DNA of 64,000 nucleotides from NCBI RefSeq assembly GCF_054482595.1, contig NZ_CM137008.1; one strand, 5' to 3'. Shown piece by piece: positions 53,828 to 64,000 of this stretch (position 1 is its first letter; each line of letters starts with the position of its first letter). The notes under the pieces were generated by a model. It saw only the letters and a program-made list of their open reading frames with translations, ran no database searches and was not told where the DNA came from. The position numbers and the translations under genes were made by a program.

Positions 53828-56716
53828 ATGCCCCGCAGCACCTGGTTCAAAGCATTATTGTTGTTAGTTGCCCTTTGGGCACCCTTAAGTCAGGCAGAAA
53901 CGGGATGGCAGCCGATTCAGGAAACCATCCGTAAAAGTGATAAAGATAACCGCCAGTATCAGGCTATACGTCTGGATAACGGTATGGTGGTCTTGCTGGT
54001 TTCTGATCCGCAGGCAGTTAAATCGCTCTCGGCGCTGGTGGTGCCCGTTGGGTCGCTGGAAGATCCCGAGGCGTACCAGGGGCTGGCACATTACCTTGAA
54101 CATATGAGTCTGATGGGGTCGAAAAAGTACCCGCAGGCTGACAGTCTGGCCGAATATCTCAAAATGCACGGCGGTAGTCACAATGCCAGCACTGCGCCGT
54201 ATCGCACGGCTTTCTATCTGGAAGTTGAGAACGACGCCTTGCCCGGTGCGGTAGACCGCCTGGCCGATGCTATTGCAGAACCCTTGCTCGACAAGAAATA
54301 CGCCGAACGTGAGCGTAATGCAGTGAACGCTGAATTAACCATGGCGCGTACGCGTGACGGGATGCGCATGGCACAGGTCAGCGCAGAAACCATTAACCCG
54401 GCGCACCCTGGTTCAAAGTTTTCTGGTGGTAACCTCGAAACTTTAAGCGACAAACCTGGTAATCCGGTGCAGCAGGCGCTGAAAGATTTCCACGAGAAGT
54501 ACTATTCCGCCAATCTGATGAAGGCGGTTATTTACAGCAATAAACCGCTGCCGGAGTTGGCAAAAATGGCGGCGGACACCTTTGGTCGCGTGCCGAACAA
54601 AGAGAGCAAAAAACCGGAAATCACCGTGCCGGTAGTCACCGACGCGCAAAAGGGCATTATCATACATTACGTCCCGGCGCTGCCGCGTAAAGTGTTGCGC
54701 GTAGAGTTTCGTATTGATAACAACTCGGCGAAATTCCGTAGCAAAACCGATGAATTGATTACCTATCTGATTGGTAATCGCAGCCCAGGTACACTTTCCG
54801 ACTGGCTGCAAAAGCAGGGATTAGTTGAGGGCATTAGCGCCAACTCCGATCCTATCGTCAACGGCAACAGCGGCGTATTAGCGATCTCTGCGTCTTTAAC
54901 CGATAAAGGTCTGGCGAATCGCGATCAGGTTGTGGCGGCTATTTTTAGCTACCTCAATTTGTTACGTGAAAAAGGGATCGATAAACAATACTTCGATGAA
55001 CTGGCGAATGTGCTGGATATCGACTTCCGTTATCCGTCAATCACCCGTGATATGGATTACGTCGAATGGCTGGCAGATACCATGATTCGCGTTCCTGTTG
55101 AGCATACGCTGGATGCAGTCAATATTGCCGATCGGTACGATGCTAAAGCAGTAAAGGAACGTCTGGCGATGATGACGCCGCAGAATGCGCGTATCTGGTA
55201 TATCAGCCCGAAAGAGCCGCACAACAAAACGGCTTACTTTGTCGATGCGCCGTATCAGGTCGATAAAATCAGCGAACAAACTTTCGCTGACTGGCAGCAA
55301 AAAGCTGCCAATATTGCGCTCTCCTTACCGGAGCTTAACCCCTATATTCCTGACGATTTCTCGCTGATTAAGTCAGAGAAGAAATACGACCATCCAGAGC
55401 TGATTGTTGATGAGTCGAATCTGCGAGTAGTGTATGCGCCAAGCCGTTATTTTGCCAGCGAGCCCAAAGCCGATGTCAGCCTGATTTTGCGTAATCCGAA
55501 AGCCATGGACAGCGCCCGCAATCAGGTGATGTTTGCGCTCAATGATTATCTCGCAGGGCTGGCGCTTGATCAGTTAAGCAACCAGGCGTCGGTTGGTGGC
55601 ATAAGTTTTTCCACCAACGCTAACAACGGCCTTATGGTTAATGCTAATGGTTACACCCAGCGTCTGCCGCAGCTGTTCCAGGCATTGCTGGAAGGCTACT
55701 TTAGCTATACCGCCACGGAAGATCAGCTTGAGCAGGCGAAGTCCTGGTATAACCAGATGATGGATTCCGCAGAAAAGGGCAAAGCGTTCGAGCAGGCGAT
55801 TATGCCCGCGCAGATGCTCTCGCAAGTGCCGTACTTCTCGCGAGATGAACGGCGCAAAATTTTGCCCTCCATTACGTTGAAAGAGGTGCTGGCCTATCGC
55901 GACGCCTTAAAATCAGGGGCTCGACCAGAGTTTATGGTTATCGGCAACATGACCGAGGCCCAGGCAACAACGCTGGCACGCGATGTGCAAAAACAGTTGG
56001 GCGCTGATGGTTCAGAGTGGTGTCGTAACAAAGATGTCGTGGTCGATAAAAAACAATCCGTCATCTTTGAAAAAGCTGGTAACAGCACCGACTCCGCACT
56101 GGCAGCGGTATTTGTACCGACTGGCTACGATGAATACACCAGCTCAGCCTATAGCTCTCTGTTGGGGCAGATCGTACAGCCGTGGTTCTACAATCAGTTG
56201 CGTACCGAAGAACAATTGGGCTATGCCGTGTTTGCATTTCCAATGAGCGTGGGGCGTCAGTGGGGCATGGGCTTCCTTTTGCAAAGCAATGATAAACAGC
56301 CTTCCTTCTTGTGGGAGCGTTACAAGGCGTTTTTCCCAACCGCAGAGGCAAAATTGCGGGCGATGAAGCCAGAAGAGTTTGCGCAAATCCAGCAGGCGGT
56401 AATTACCCAGATGCTGCAGGCACCGCAAACGCTCGGCGAAGAAGCATCGAAGTTAAGTAAAGATTTCGATCGCGGCAATATGCGCTTCGATTCGCGTGAT
56501 AAAATCGTGGCCCAGATAAAACTGCTGACGCCGCAAAAACTTGCTGATTTCTTCCATCAGGCGGTGGTCGAGCCGCAAGGCATGGCTATTCTGTCGCAGA
56601 TTTCCGGCAGCCAGAACGGGAAAGCCGAATATGTGCATCCTGAAGGCTGGAAAGTGTGGGAGAACGTCAGCGCGTTGCAGCAAACAATGCCCCTGATGAG
56701 TGAAAAGAATGAGTGA
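53828..56716 (+). CDS. ptrA: Protease III (pitrilysin)
   Basis: 962 aa, signal peptide, M16 motif HYLEHM. Confidence 0.95.
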   Translation: MPRSTWFKALLLLVALWAPLSQAETGWQPIQETIRKSDKDNRQYQAIRLDNGMVVLLVSDPQAVKSLSALVVPVGSLEDPEAYQGLAHYLEHMSLMGSKKYPQADSLAEYLKMHGGSHNASTAPYRTAFYLEVENDALPGAVDRLADAIAEPLLDKKYAERERNAVNAELTMARTRDGMRMAQVSAETINPAHPGSKFSGGNLETLSDKPGNPVQQALKDFHEKYYSANLMKAVIYSNKPLPELAKMAADTFGRVPNKESKKPEITVPVVTDAQKGIIIHYVPALPRKVLRVEFRIDNNSAKFRSKTDELITYLIGNRSPGTLSDWLQKQGLVEGISANSDPIVNGNSGVLAISASLTDKGLANRDQVVAAIFSYLNLLREKGIDKQYFDELANVLDIDFRYPSITRDMDYVEWLADTMIRVPVEHTLDAVNIADRYDAKAVKERLAMMTPQNARIWYISPKEPHNKTAYFVDAPYQVDKISEQTFADWQQKAANIALSLPELNPYIPDDFSLIKSEKKYDHPELIVDESNLRVVYAPSRYFASEPKADVSLILRNPKAMDSARNQVMFALNDYLAGLALDQLSNQASVGGISFSTNANNGLMVNANGYTQRLPQLFQALLEGYFSYTATEDQLEQAKSWYNQMMDSAEKGKAFEQAIMPAQMLSQVPYFSRDERRKILPSITLKEVLAYRDALKSGARPEFMVIGNMTEAQATTLARDVQKQLGADGSEWCRNKDVVVDKKQSVIFEKAGNSTDSALAAVFVPTGYDEYTSSAYSSLLGQIVQPWFYNQLRTEEQLGYAVFAFPMSVGRQWGMGFLLQSNDKQPSFLWERYKAFFPTAEAKLRAMKPEEFAQIQQAVITQMLQAPQTLGEEASKLSKDFDRGNMRFDSRDKIVAQIKLLTPQKLADFFHQAVVEPQGMAILSQISGSQNGKAEYVHPEGWKVWENVSALQQTMPLMSEKNE

Positions 56717-59700
56717 TGTCGCCGAGACACTAGATCCTTTGCGCTTGCCCTTACAGGGCGAGCGCCTGATTGAAGCCTCTGCCGGCACAGGCAAAACCTT
56801 TACGATTGCGGCGCTCTATTTGCGCCTGTTACTTGGACTAGGCGGTTCCGCCGCCTTTCCCCGCCCGCTGACCGTTGAAGAACTGCTGGTGGTCACCTTT
56901 ACCGAGGCTGCCACGGCAGAATTGCGTGGTCGTATCCGTAGCAATATCCACGAGTTGCGCATCGCCTGTCTGCGTGAAACCACCGACAATCCACTGTACG
57001 AACGCCTGCTGGAAGAGATCGACGATAAAGCGCAAGCCGCGCAGTGGTTGTTGTTAGCCGAACGGCAGATGGATGAAGCGGCAGTCTTTACTATTCACGG
57101 TTTTTGCCAGCGCATGCTCAACCTGAATGCCTTTGAATCCGGTATGCTGTTTGAGCAGCAGCTGATTGAAGATGAGTCTCTGCTACGCTACCAGGCCTGC
57201 GCCGATTTCTGGCGTCGCCACTGCTACCCGCTGCCGCGTGAAATAGCCCAGGTCGTCTTTGAAACCTGGAAAGGGCCGCAGGCGTTGCTGCGCGATATTA
57301 ATCGTTATCTGCAAGGCGAAGCGCCGGTTATCAAAGCACCGCCGCCCGATGATGAAACGCTGGCTTCCCGCCACGCGCAAATTGTGGCGCGTATTGATAC
57401 GGTAAAACAGCAGTGGCGCGACGCAGTGGGTGAACTGGATGCGCTGATCGAATCTTCTGGTATTGATCGACGCAAGTTTAACCGTAGCAATCAGGCTAAA
57501 TGGATCGACAAGATCAGCGCCTGGGCAGAAGAAGAGACCAACAGTTATCAGTTGCCAGAGTCGCTGGAAAAATTCTCTCAGCGTTTCTTAGAAGATCGCA
57601 CGAAAGCCGGGGGGGAAACCCCGCGACATCCACTGTTTGAGGCGATCGAACAACTGCTTGCAGAACCATTGTCGATCCGTGATCTGGTGATAACCCGCGC
57701 ATTGGCTGAGATCCGCGAAACAGTAGCGCGTGAAAAACGCCGCCGTGGCGAATTGGGTTTTGATGACATGTTAAGTCGGCTCGATTCCGCGCTGCGTAGC
57801 GAAAGCGGCGAGGTGTTGGCAGCGGCGATCCGTACGCGATTCCCGGTGGCAATGATTGATGAATTTCAGGATACCGACCCCCAGCAGTACCGAATTTTTC
57901 GCCGTATCTGGCACCATCAGCCGGAAACCGCATTGTTGCTGATTGGCGACCCGAAACAGGCCATATATGCATTCCGGGGTGCGGATATCTTCACTTATAT
58001 GAAGGCGCGTAGCGAAGTTCACGCCCACTACACTTTAGACACCAACTGGCGTTCCGCACTAGGAATGGTGAACAGTGTGAACAAGCTTTTCAGCCAGACT
58101 GATGACGCGTTCATGTTTCGCGAAATACCGTTTATTCCAGTGAAATCAGCCGGGAAAAATCAGGCGTTACGTTTTGTGTTTAAAGGTGAAACGCAGCCTG
58201 CGATGAAAATGTGGCTGATGGAAGGCGAAAGCTGCGGCGTTGGCGACTATCAAAGTACCATGGCGCAGGTATGTGCTGCGCAAATCCGCGACTGGCTACA
58301 AGCCGGACAGCGGGGCGAAGCGTTGCTGATGAACGGCGACGACGCGCGTCCGGTGCGTGCTTCGGACATCAGTGTGCTGGTGCGCAGCCGCCAGGAGGCC
58401 GCCCAGGTGCGCGACGCCTTAACGTTGCTGGAAATCCCTTCCGTTTACCTTTCGAACCGCGACAGTGTTTTTGAAACTCTGGAAGCGCAGGAAATGCTTT
58501 GGTTGTTGCAGGCGGTGATGACGCCCGAACGTGAGAACACCCTGCGTAGTGCGCTGGCAACGTCAATGATGGGGCTGAACGCGCTGGATATCGAAACGCT
58601 GAACAATGACGAACATGCGTGGGATGTGGTAGTCGAAGAGTTCGATGGTTATCGGCAAATCTGGCGCAAACGTGGCGTTATGCCGATGCTGCGGGCGCTG
58701 ATGTCGGCGCGTAACATTGCTGAAAACTTGCTGGCAACGGCAGGCGGTGAGCGGCGTCTTACCGATATCTTGCATATCAGCGAACTGCTACAAGAAGCCG
58801 GAACGCAGCTGGAAAGTGAACATGCGCTGGTACGCTGGTTATCGCAACATATCCTCGAGCCAGACAGTAATGCCTCCAGCCAACAAATGCGTCTCGAAAG
58901 TGATAAACATCTGGTGCAGATTGTCACGATCCACAAATCGAAAGGGCTGGAATATCCATTGGTCTGGCTGCCGTTTATCACCAATTTCCGCGTCCAGGAT
59001 CAGGCGTTTTATCACGATCGCCACTCGTTTGAGGCAGTTTTGGATCTTAACGCTGCGCCAGAAAGCGTCGACCTCGCGGAGGTCGAACGTCTGGCGGAAG
59101 ATCTGCGTTTGCTTTACGTGGCGCTGACGCGTTCGGTTTGGCATTGCAGTCTCGGCGTTGCACCGCTGGTGCGCCGTCGTGGCGATAAAAAAGGTGACAC
59201 CGACGTCCACCAAAGTGCGCTCGGGCGTTTGCTGCAAAAAGGGGAACCGCAAGATGCGGCAGGGCTTCGCACCTGTATTGAAGCGTTATGCGATGATGAT
59301 ATTGCCTGGCAAACGGCACAAACTGGTGATAACCAGCCCTGGCAGGTTAATGATGCTTTAACTGCAGAACTGAATGCGAGGACACTACAACGATTGCCCG
59401 GCGATAACTGGCGTGTCACCAGCTACTCCGGCTTGCAGCAGCGTGGTCACGGTATCGCTCAGGATCTGATGCCACGGCTGGATGTTGATGCCGCAGGCGT
59501 GGTCAGCGTCGTTGAAGAACCGACGTTAACACCGCATCAGTTCCCGCGCGGTGCGTCACCGGGGACATTCTTGCACAGTTTGTTTGAAGACCTCGATTTT
59601 ACCCAGCCGGTTGACCCGAACTGGGTACAGGAAAAACTGGAACTCGGCGGCTTTGAATCGCAGTGGGAACCGGTGTTGACCGAGTGGATCACGGCTGTCC

Positions 59701-60251
59701 TCCAGGCACCTCTCAATGAAACGGGTGTTAGCCTGAGTCAGCTTTCCGACCGCGATAAACAGGTGGAGATGGAGTTTTACCTGCCGATTAGCGAACCGCT
59801 CATCGCCAGCCAGCTTGATGCACTAATTCGCCAGTTTGACCCGCTATCCGCTGGCTGCCCGCCGCTGGAGTTCATGCAGGTACGCGGCATGTTAAAAGGC
59901 TTTATCGACCTGGTATTCCGCCACGAAGGGCGTTATTACCTGCTCGACTATAAATCCAACTGGCTGGGTGAAGACAGTTCGGCTTACACCCAACAGGCTA
60001 TGGCAGCAGCGATGCAGGCACACCGCTATGATCTGCAATATCAGCTTTATACCCTGGCGCTGCATCGTTATCTGCGCCATCGCATTGCTGATTACGACTA
60101 TGATCGTCACTTTGGCGGCGTTATCTATCTGTTCCTGCGTGGCGTTGATAAAGAACATCCGCAACAAGGGATTTACACAACCCGACCCAACGCCGGGTTG
60201 ATTGCCCTGATGGATGAGATGTTTGCCGGTATGACCCTGGAGGAGGCGTAA
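56709..60251 (+). CDS. recB: Exodeoxyribonuclease V subunit RecB
   Basis: About 1180 aa starting [30 protein letters not shown]; overlaps the ptrA stop. Confidence 0.95.
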   Translation: MSDVAETLDPLRLPLQGERLIEASAGTGKTFTIAALYLRLLLGLGGSAAFPRPLTVEELLVVTFTEAATAELRGRIRSNIHELRIACLRETTDNPLYERLLEEIDDKAQAAQWLLLAERQMDEAAVFTIHGFCQRMLNLNAFESGMLFEQQLIEDESLLRYQACADFWRRHCYPLPREIAQVVFETWKGPQALLRDINRYLQGEAPVIKAPPPDDETLASRHAQIVARIDTVKQQWRDAVGELDALIESSGIDRRKFNRSNQAKWIDKISAWAEEETNSYQLPESLEKFSQRFLEDRTKAGGETPRHPLFEAIEQLLAEPLSIRDLVITRALAEIRETVAREKRRRGELGFDDMLSRLDSALRSESGEVLAAAIRTRFPVAMIDEFQDTDPQQYRIFRRIWHHQPETALLLIGDPKQAIYAFRGADIFTYMKARSEVHAHYTLDTNWRSALGMVNSVNKLFSQTDDAFMFREIPFIPVKSAGKNQALRFVFKGETQPAMKMWLMEGESCGVGDYQSTMAQVCAAQIRDWLQAGQRGEALLMNGDDARPVRASDISVLVRSRQEAAQVRDALTLLEIPSVYLSNRDSVFETLEAQEMLWLLQAVMTPERENTLRSALATSMMGLNALDIETLNNDEHAWDVVVEEFDGYRQIWRKRGVMPMLRALMSARNIAENLLATAGGERRLTDILHISELLQEAGTQLESEHALVRWLSQHILEPDSNASSQQMRLESDKHLVQIVTIHKSKGLEYPLVWLPFITNFRVQDQAFYHDRHSFEAVLDLNAAPESVDLAEVERLAEDLRLLYVALTRSVWHCSLGVAPLVRRRGDKKGDTDVHQSALGRLLQKGEPQDAAGLRTCIEALCDDDIAWQTAQTGDNQPWQVNDALTAELNARTLQRLPGDNWRVTSYSGLQQRGHGIAQDLMPRLDVDAAGVVSVVEEPTLTPHQFPRGASPGTFLHSLFEDLDFTQPVDPNWVQEKLELGGFESQWEPVLTEWITAVLQAPLNETGVSLSQLSDRDKQVEMEFYLPISEPLIASQLDALIRQFDPLSAGCPPLEFMQVRGMLKGFIDLVFRHEGRYYLLDYKSNWLGEDSSAYTQQAMAAAMQAHRYDLQYQLYTLALHRYLRHRIADYDYDRHFGGVIYLFLRGVDKEHPQQGIYTTRPNAGLIALMDEMFAGMTLEEA

Positions 60252-62077
60252 TGAAATTGCAAAAGCAATTACTGGAAGCTGTGGAGCACAAACAGCTACG
60301 CCCGCTGGATGTGCAATTTGCCCTGACCGTGGCGGGAGATGAACATCCTGCCGTCACCCTCGCGGCGGCACTGTTAAGTCATGATGCCGGAGAGGGACAC
60401 GTCTGTTTGCCGCTTTCACGACTGGAAAATAACGAGGCGTCGCATCCGCTGTTGGCGACCTGTGTCAGTGAAATCGGTGAGCTACAAAATTGGGAAGAAT
60501 GCTTGCTGGCTTCTCAAGCGGTCAGCAGGGGAGATGAACCCACGCCGATGATCCTCTGTGGCGATCGTCTTTATTTGAATCGCATGTGGTGTAACGAGCG
60601 GACGGTAGCGCGCTTCTTCAATGAGGTGAATCATGCCATTGAGGTTGATGAAGCTCTACTGGCGCAAACCCTGGACAAACTTTTTCCAGTAAGCGATGAA
60701 ATTAACTGGCAAAAAGTTGCAGCGGCAGTGGCGCTGACGCGGCGGATCTCGGTGATTTCCGGCGGCCCAGGCACCGGTAAAACGACCACCGTGGCGAAGT
60801 TACTGGCAGCGTTAATTCAAATGGCCGACGGCGAACGCTGCCGTATCCGTCTGGCTGCACCAACGGGTAAAGCTGCCGCGCGCTTAACCGAATCTCTCGG
60901 CAAGGCTTTGCGACAGTTACCGCTGACCGATGAACAAAAGAAACGCATTCCGGAAGATGCCAGTACTTTGCACCGATTGCTGGGTGCGCAGCCGGGTAGC
61001 CAGCGTTTACGTCATCATGCCGGTAACCCGCTGCATCTTGATGTGCTGGTGGTAGATGAAGCGTCAATGATCGATCTGCCTATGATGTCGAGACTGATCG
61101 ACGCCTTGCCCGATCATGCGCGAGTGATCTTTCTCGGCGATCGTGATCAACTGGCCTCGGTTGAGGCTGGGGCTGTGCTGGGCGATATCTGCGCTTATGC
61201 CAATGCCGGCTTTACCGCCGAGCGTGCCGGGCAGCTAAGCCGCCTGACGGGAACTCACGTTCCGGCAGGAACTGGCACAGAAGCGGCATCTTTGCGCGAC
61301 AGTCTCTGCCTGCTGCAAAAAAGCTATCGTTTCGGCAGTGATTCTGGCATTGGTCAGTTAGCTGCGGCGATCAACCGTGGTGATAAAACGGCAGTGAAAA
61401 CCGTTTTTCAGCAGGATTTTACTGATATCGAAAAACGGCTTTTACAGAGCGGAGAAGATTATATTGCGATGCTTGAGGAAGCTCTTGCGGGTTATGGACG
61501 TTATCTGGATCTGCTGCAAGCGCGTGCCGAGCCGGATTTAATCATTCAGGCGTTCAATGAGTACCAACTTTTGTGCGCCCTGCGGGAAGGGCCGTTTGGT
61601 GTGGCTGGACTGAATGAGCGAATTGAGCAGTTTATGCAACAGAAGCGCAAAATTCATCGTCATCCGCACTCTCGTTGGTACGAAGGTCGACCGGTAATGA
61701 TTGCCCGTAATGACAGCGCGCTTGGGTTGTTTAATGGCGATATCGGTATTGCGCTGGATCGCGGGCAGGGGACGCGCGTCTGGTTTGCGATGCCGGACGG
61801 CAATATTAAGTCTGTGCAACCGAGTCGCTTGCCAGAGCACGAAACTACGTGGGCGATGACGGTACATAAATCGCAGGGATCGGAGTTCGACCATGCGGCG
61901 TTGATTTTACCGAGCCAACGCACGCCGGTAGTAACGCGAGAGCTGGTATACACCGCGGTGACCCGCGCGCGTCGCCGTCTGTCGCTGTATGCCGATGAGC
62001 GTATATTAAGTGCGGCAATCGCCACTCGTACTGAGCGGCGCAGTGGTCTGGCGGCGTTGTTTAGTTCGCGGGAATAA
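60251..62077 (+). CDS. recD: Exodeoxyribonuclease V subunit RecD
   Basis: 608 aa; TAATG overlap with recB; Walker [10 protein letters not shown]. Confidence 0.95.
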   Translation: MKLQKQLLEAVEHKQLRPLDVQFALTVAGDEHPAVTLAAALLSHDAGEGHVCLPLSRLENNEASHPLLATCVSEIGELQNWEECLLASQAVSRGDEPTPMILCGDRLYLNRMWCNERTVARFFNEVNHAIEVDEALLAQTLDKLFPVSDEINWQKVAAAVALTRRISVISGGPGTGKTTTVAKLLAALIQMADGERCRIRLAAPTGKAAARLTESLGKALRQLPLTDEQKKRIPEDASTLHRLLGAQPGSQRLRHHAGNPLHLDVLVVDEASMIDLPMMSRLIDALPDHARVIFLGDRDQLASVEAGAVLGDICAYANAGFTAERAGQLSRLTGTHVPAGTGTEAASLRDSLCLLQKSYRFGSDSGIGQLAAAINRGDKTAVKTVFQQDFTDIEKRLLQSGEDYIAMLEEALAGYGRYLDLLQARAEPDLIIQAFNEYQLLCALREGPFGVAGLNERIEQFMQQKRKIHRHPHSRWYEGRPVMIARNDSALGLFNGDIGIALDRGQGTRVWFAMPDGNIKSVQPSRLPEHETTWAMTVHKSQGSEFDHAALILPSQRTPVVTRELVYTAVTRARRRLSLYADERILSAAIATRTERRSGLAALFSSRE

Positions 62078-62088
62078 ACGTAATTGCC

Positions 62089-62123
62089 GGATGCGACGCA
62101 CGAGTGTTACGCATGTCGCATCC
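62089..62123. terminator. Bidirectional hairpin between convergent recD and argA
   Basis: GGATGCGACGCACGAGTGTTACGCATGTCGCATCC. Confidence 0.55.
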
Positions 62124-62138
62124 GACAATTTTCATCGC

Positions 62139-63470
62139 TTACCCTAAATCCGCCATCAACACTTTGGATTTACGCTGGTAGTTGTACAACTGCTTTTTGC
62201 TCTCGGGCAGTAAATCAATATCCACCGGGGTAAATCCACGTTCCTGGAACCAGTGAATACTGCGCGTGGTCAGCACAAACAATTTGCTTAAGCCGCTCTG
62301 CTTCGCCTGAGCGGTAATGCGTTCCAGCAGAACCTCGCCCCGTGATGAACTGCGGTAATCCGGGTGAACTGCCACACAGGCCATTTCCCCAATCTTCTCT
62401 TCCGGGAACGGATAGAGCGCGGCGCAGGCAATAGTCGTGTTATCGCGCTGAATAATGGTGAATTTGTCGATTTCCATCTCCAGCTGCTCGCGAGAACGGC
62501 GCACCAGAATACCTTGCTGCTCCAGCGGGCGAATCAACTCCAGAATACCGCCAATATCGTTGATTGTTGCGCGACGAATCTGCTCGGCGCTTTCCATCAC
62601 AATCTGCGTACCGATACCGTCGCGTGAGAACAACTCTTGCAACAGCGCGCCATCTTCCTGATAACTGATTAAATGACAGCGACGCACGCCGCTGCGGCAG
62701 GCTTTCACTGCGCCACGCAAAAAGCGCACCGTACCGGAGTTGTAATCGCCTTTCTCTTCCTGGGCTTCTACCCGCGCTTGCGCTTCGTTAGGGAAAAGTT
62801 CTGAGACAATATCACCGTCGTCATTAGTAACGCCCTGGGAAGAGCAAAAACCAATCATCTTTTCAGCTTTCAGTTTGATGGCTAGTTGAGTGGCAATCTC
62901 TTCCGAGGTCAGATTAAAGCTCTCGCCAGTGACTGAAACAGCGACCGGCCCCATTAGCACTATTGCACCGCTGTCCAGTTGACGATGGATCGCGTCTTCA
63001 TCAATCCGCCGGATACGCCCGCTATGGCAGTAATCCACGCCGTCATCGACGCCCAGCGGCTGGGCAATAATAAAATTGCCACTAACGACGTTGATATGCG
63101 CGCCCTGTAGCGGCGTGTTATTGAGACTCATCGACAGGCGAGCAGTAATATCCAGTTGCAATGTTCCCGCAGCCTGCTTCACCAGTTCCAGTGTTTTGGC
63201 GTCGGTCACACGTATATTCTTGTGATACAGCGGTTCGTGGTGATGCGCAGCCAGATTTGCGTCGATCTGCGGACGTGCGCCATAGACCACCACCAGACGG
63301 ATGCCGAGGCTGTGCAACAACCCGATATCATTAACGATACTGGAGAAATTCTCATGCTCAATGGCTTCACCGCCGAGCATGATGACAAACGTTTTTCCCC
63401 GGTGGGTATTGATATAGGGAACCGAATGGCGGAATCCCTCGACCAACTCGGTTTTACGTTCCTTTACCAC
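62139..63470 (-). CDS. argA: N-acetylglutamate synthase
   Basis: 443 aa from a GTG start ([28 protein letters not shown]...); the ORF track extends 22 codons upstream. Confidence 0.9.
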   Translation of the reverse strand: MVKERKTELVEGFRHSVPYINTHRGKTFVIMLGGEAIEHENFSSIVNDIGLLHSLGIRLVVVYGARPQIDANLAAHHHEPLYHKNIRVTDAKTLELVKQAAGTLQLDITARLSMSLNNTPLQGAHINVVSGNFIIAQPLGVDDGVDYCHSGRIRRIDEDAIHRQLDSGAIVLMGPVAVSVTGESFNLTSEEIATQLAIKLKAEKMIGFCSSQGVTNDDGDIVSELFPNEAQARVEAQEEKGDYNSGTVRFLRGAVKACRSGVRRCHLISYQEDGALLQELFSRDGIGTQIVMESAEQIRRATINDIGGILELIRPLEQQGILVRRSREQLEMEIDKFTIIQRDNTTIACAALYPFPEEKIGEMACVAVHPDYRSSSRGEVLLERITAQAKQSGLSKLFVLTTRSIHWFQERGFTPVDIDLLPESKKQLYNYQRKSKVLMADLG

Positions 63471-63482
63471 GGCACACCCCTT

Positions 63483-63520
63483 TGCATTATTATTCGAAAT
63501 TATTGTATTTTTATTCTGTT
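63483..63520 (-). promoter_or_regulatory. Probable tandem ARG boxes (ArgR operator) upstream of argA
   Basis: TGCATTATTATTCGAAA and TTGTATTTTTATTCTG resemble the TGAAT-w-ATTCA ARG-box pattern; read by eye only. Confidence 0.4.
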
Positions 63521-63701
63521 TTTTCGCAGGGTGCAAGTGTAAATTTTATGCGAGAGCGACTTTTTTATCAGTAATGCCGTGAATATAAAAAGAATGTTTA
63601 CCGTTTATTAGATGACAGATTATGCGTCTTTCGCTAAAGTTTCCGGTCAAATTAGTCGTTTACTTGTTACACAGCTTAGATTTCTTTTGCTCGGGAGAGG
63701 C

Positions 63702-64000
63702 ATGTCAGGATCCAACACTGCAATCAGCCGTCGTCGTTTACTGCAAGGCGCGGGCGCTATGTGGCTATTGAGCGTAAGTCAGGTCAGCCTGGCTGCGGTT
63801 AGCCAGGTCGTGGCGGTGCGCGTCTGGCCTGCGTCCAGCTACACCCGCGTGACGGTAGAATCAAATCGTCAGCTGAAATATAAGCAGTTCGCGTTGAGTA
63901 ACCCGGAACGCGTGGTGGTGGATATCGAAGATGTAAACCTGAACTCGGTACTCAAGGGGATGGCGGCACAAATTCGTGCAGACGACCCGTTCATCAAGTC
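63702..64000 (+). CDS. amiC: N-acetylmuramoyl-L-alanine amidase AmiC, 5' part (cut by window end)
   Basis: Starts [31 protein letters not shown] (Tat signal), divergent from argA. Confidence 0.85.

Overview
This window looks like an Escherichia coli chromosome segment in three parts. (1) Positions 1-7008 are a mosaic resistance region: an IS6100-like transposase fragment, a complete IS26, a 5'-truncated tmrB-like gene, a GC-rich foreign block carrying an intron-containing tRNA-Leu(UAA) and a DUF3883 (PD-(D/E)xK) putative nuclease, an IS1182-family insertion sequence, an AT-rich spacer with three direct repeats, a Tn2/Tn3 fragment carrying blaTEM-1, and a 156-bp IS1 end. (2) Positions 7035-25235 are the AT-rich ETT2 type III secretion island (eivJ-like, epaOPQRS, etrA-like, eprHIJK, orgA/orgB-like, ygeK, pbl, ygeI, a complete IS1 inserted at the 3' end of ygeH, ygeG, ygeF, yqeK/J/I/H). 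(3) Positions 25635-64000 are the conserved core, in reverse orientation relative to K-12: yqeG, yqeF, kduI, kduD, araE, ygeA, lysR, lysA, galR, omrA, omrB, aas, lplT, tas, ygdR, ygdQ, mutH, rppH, ptsP, lgt, thyA, ppdA, ppdB, ygdB, ppdC, recC, ptrA, recB, recD, argA and the start of amiC. The most unusual element is a tRNA-Leu(UAA) gene split by a 213-nt group I intron inside the resistance region. Gene names rest on recognised protein sequences and synteny from memory; no database search was run. No CRISPR array was found.
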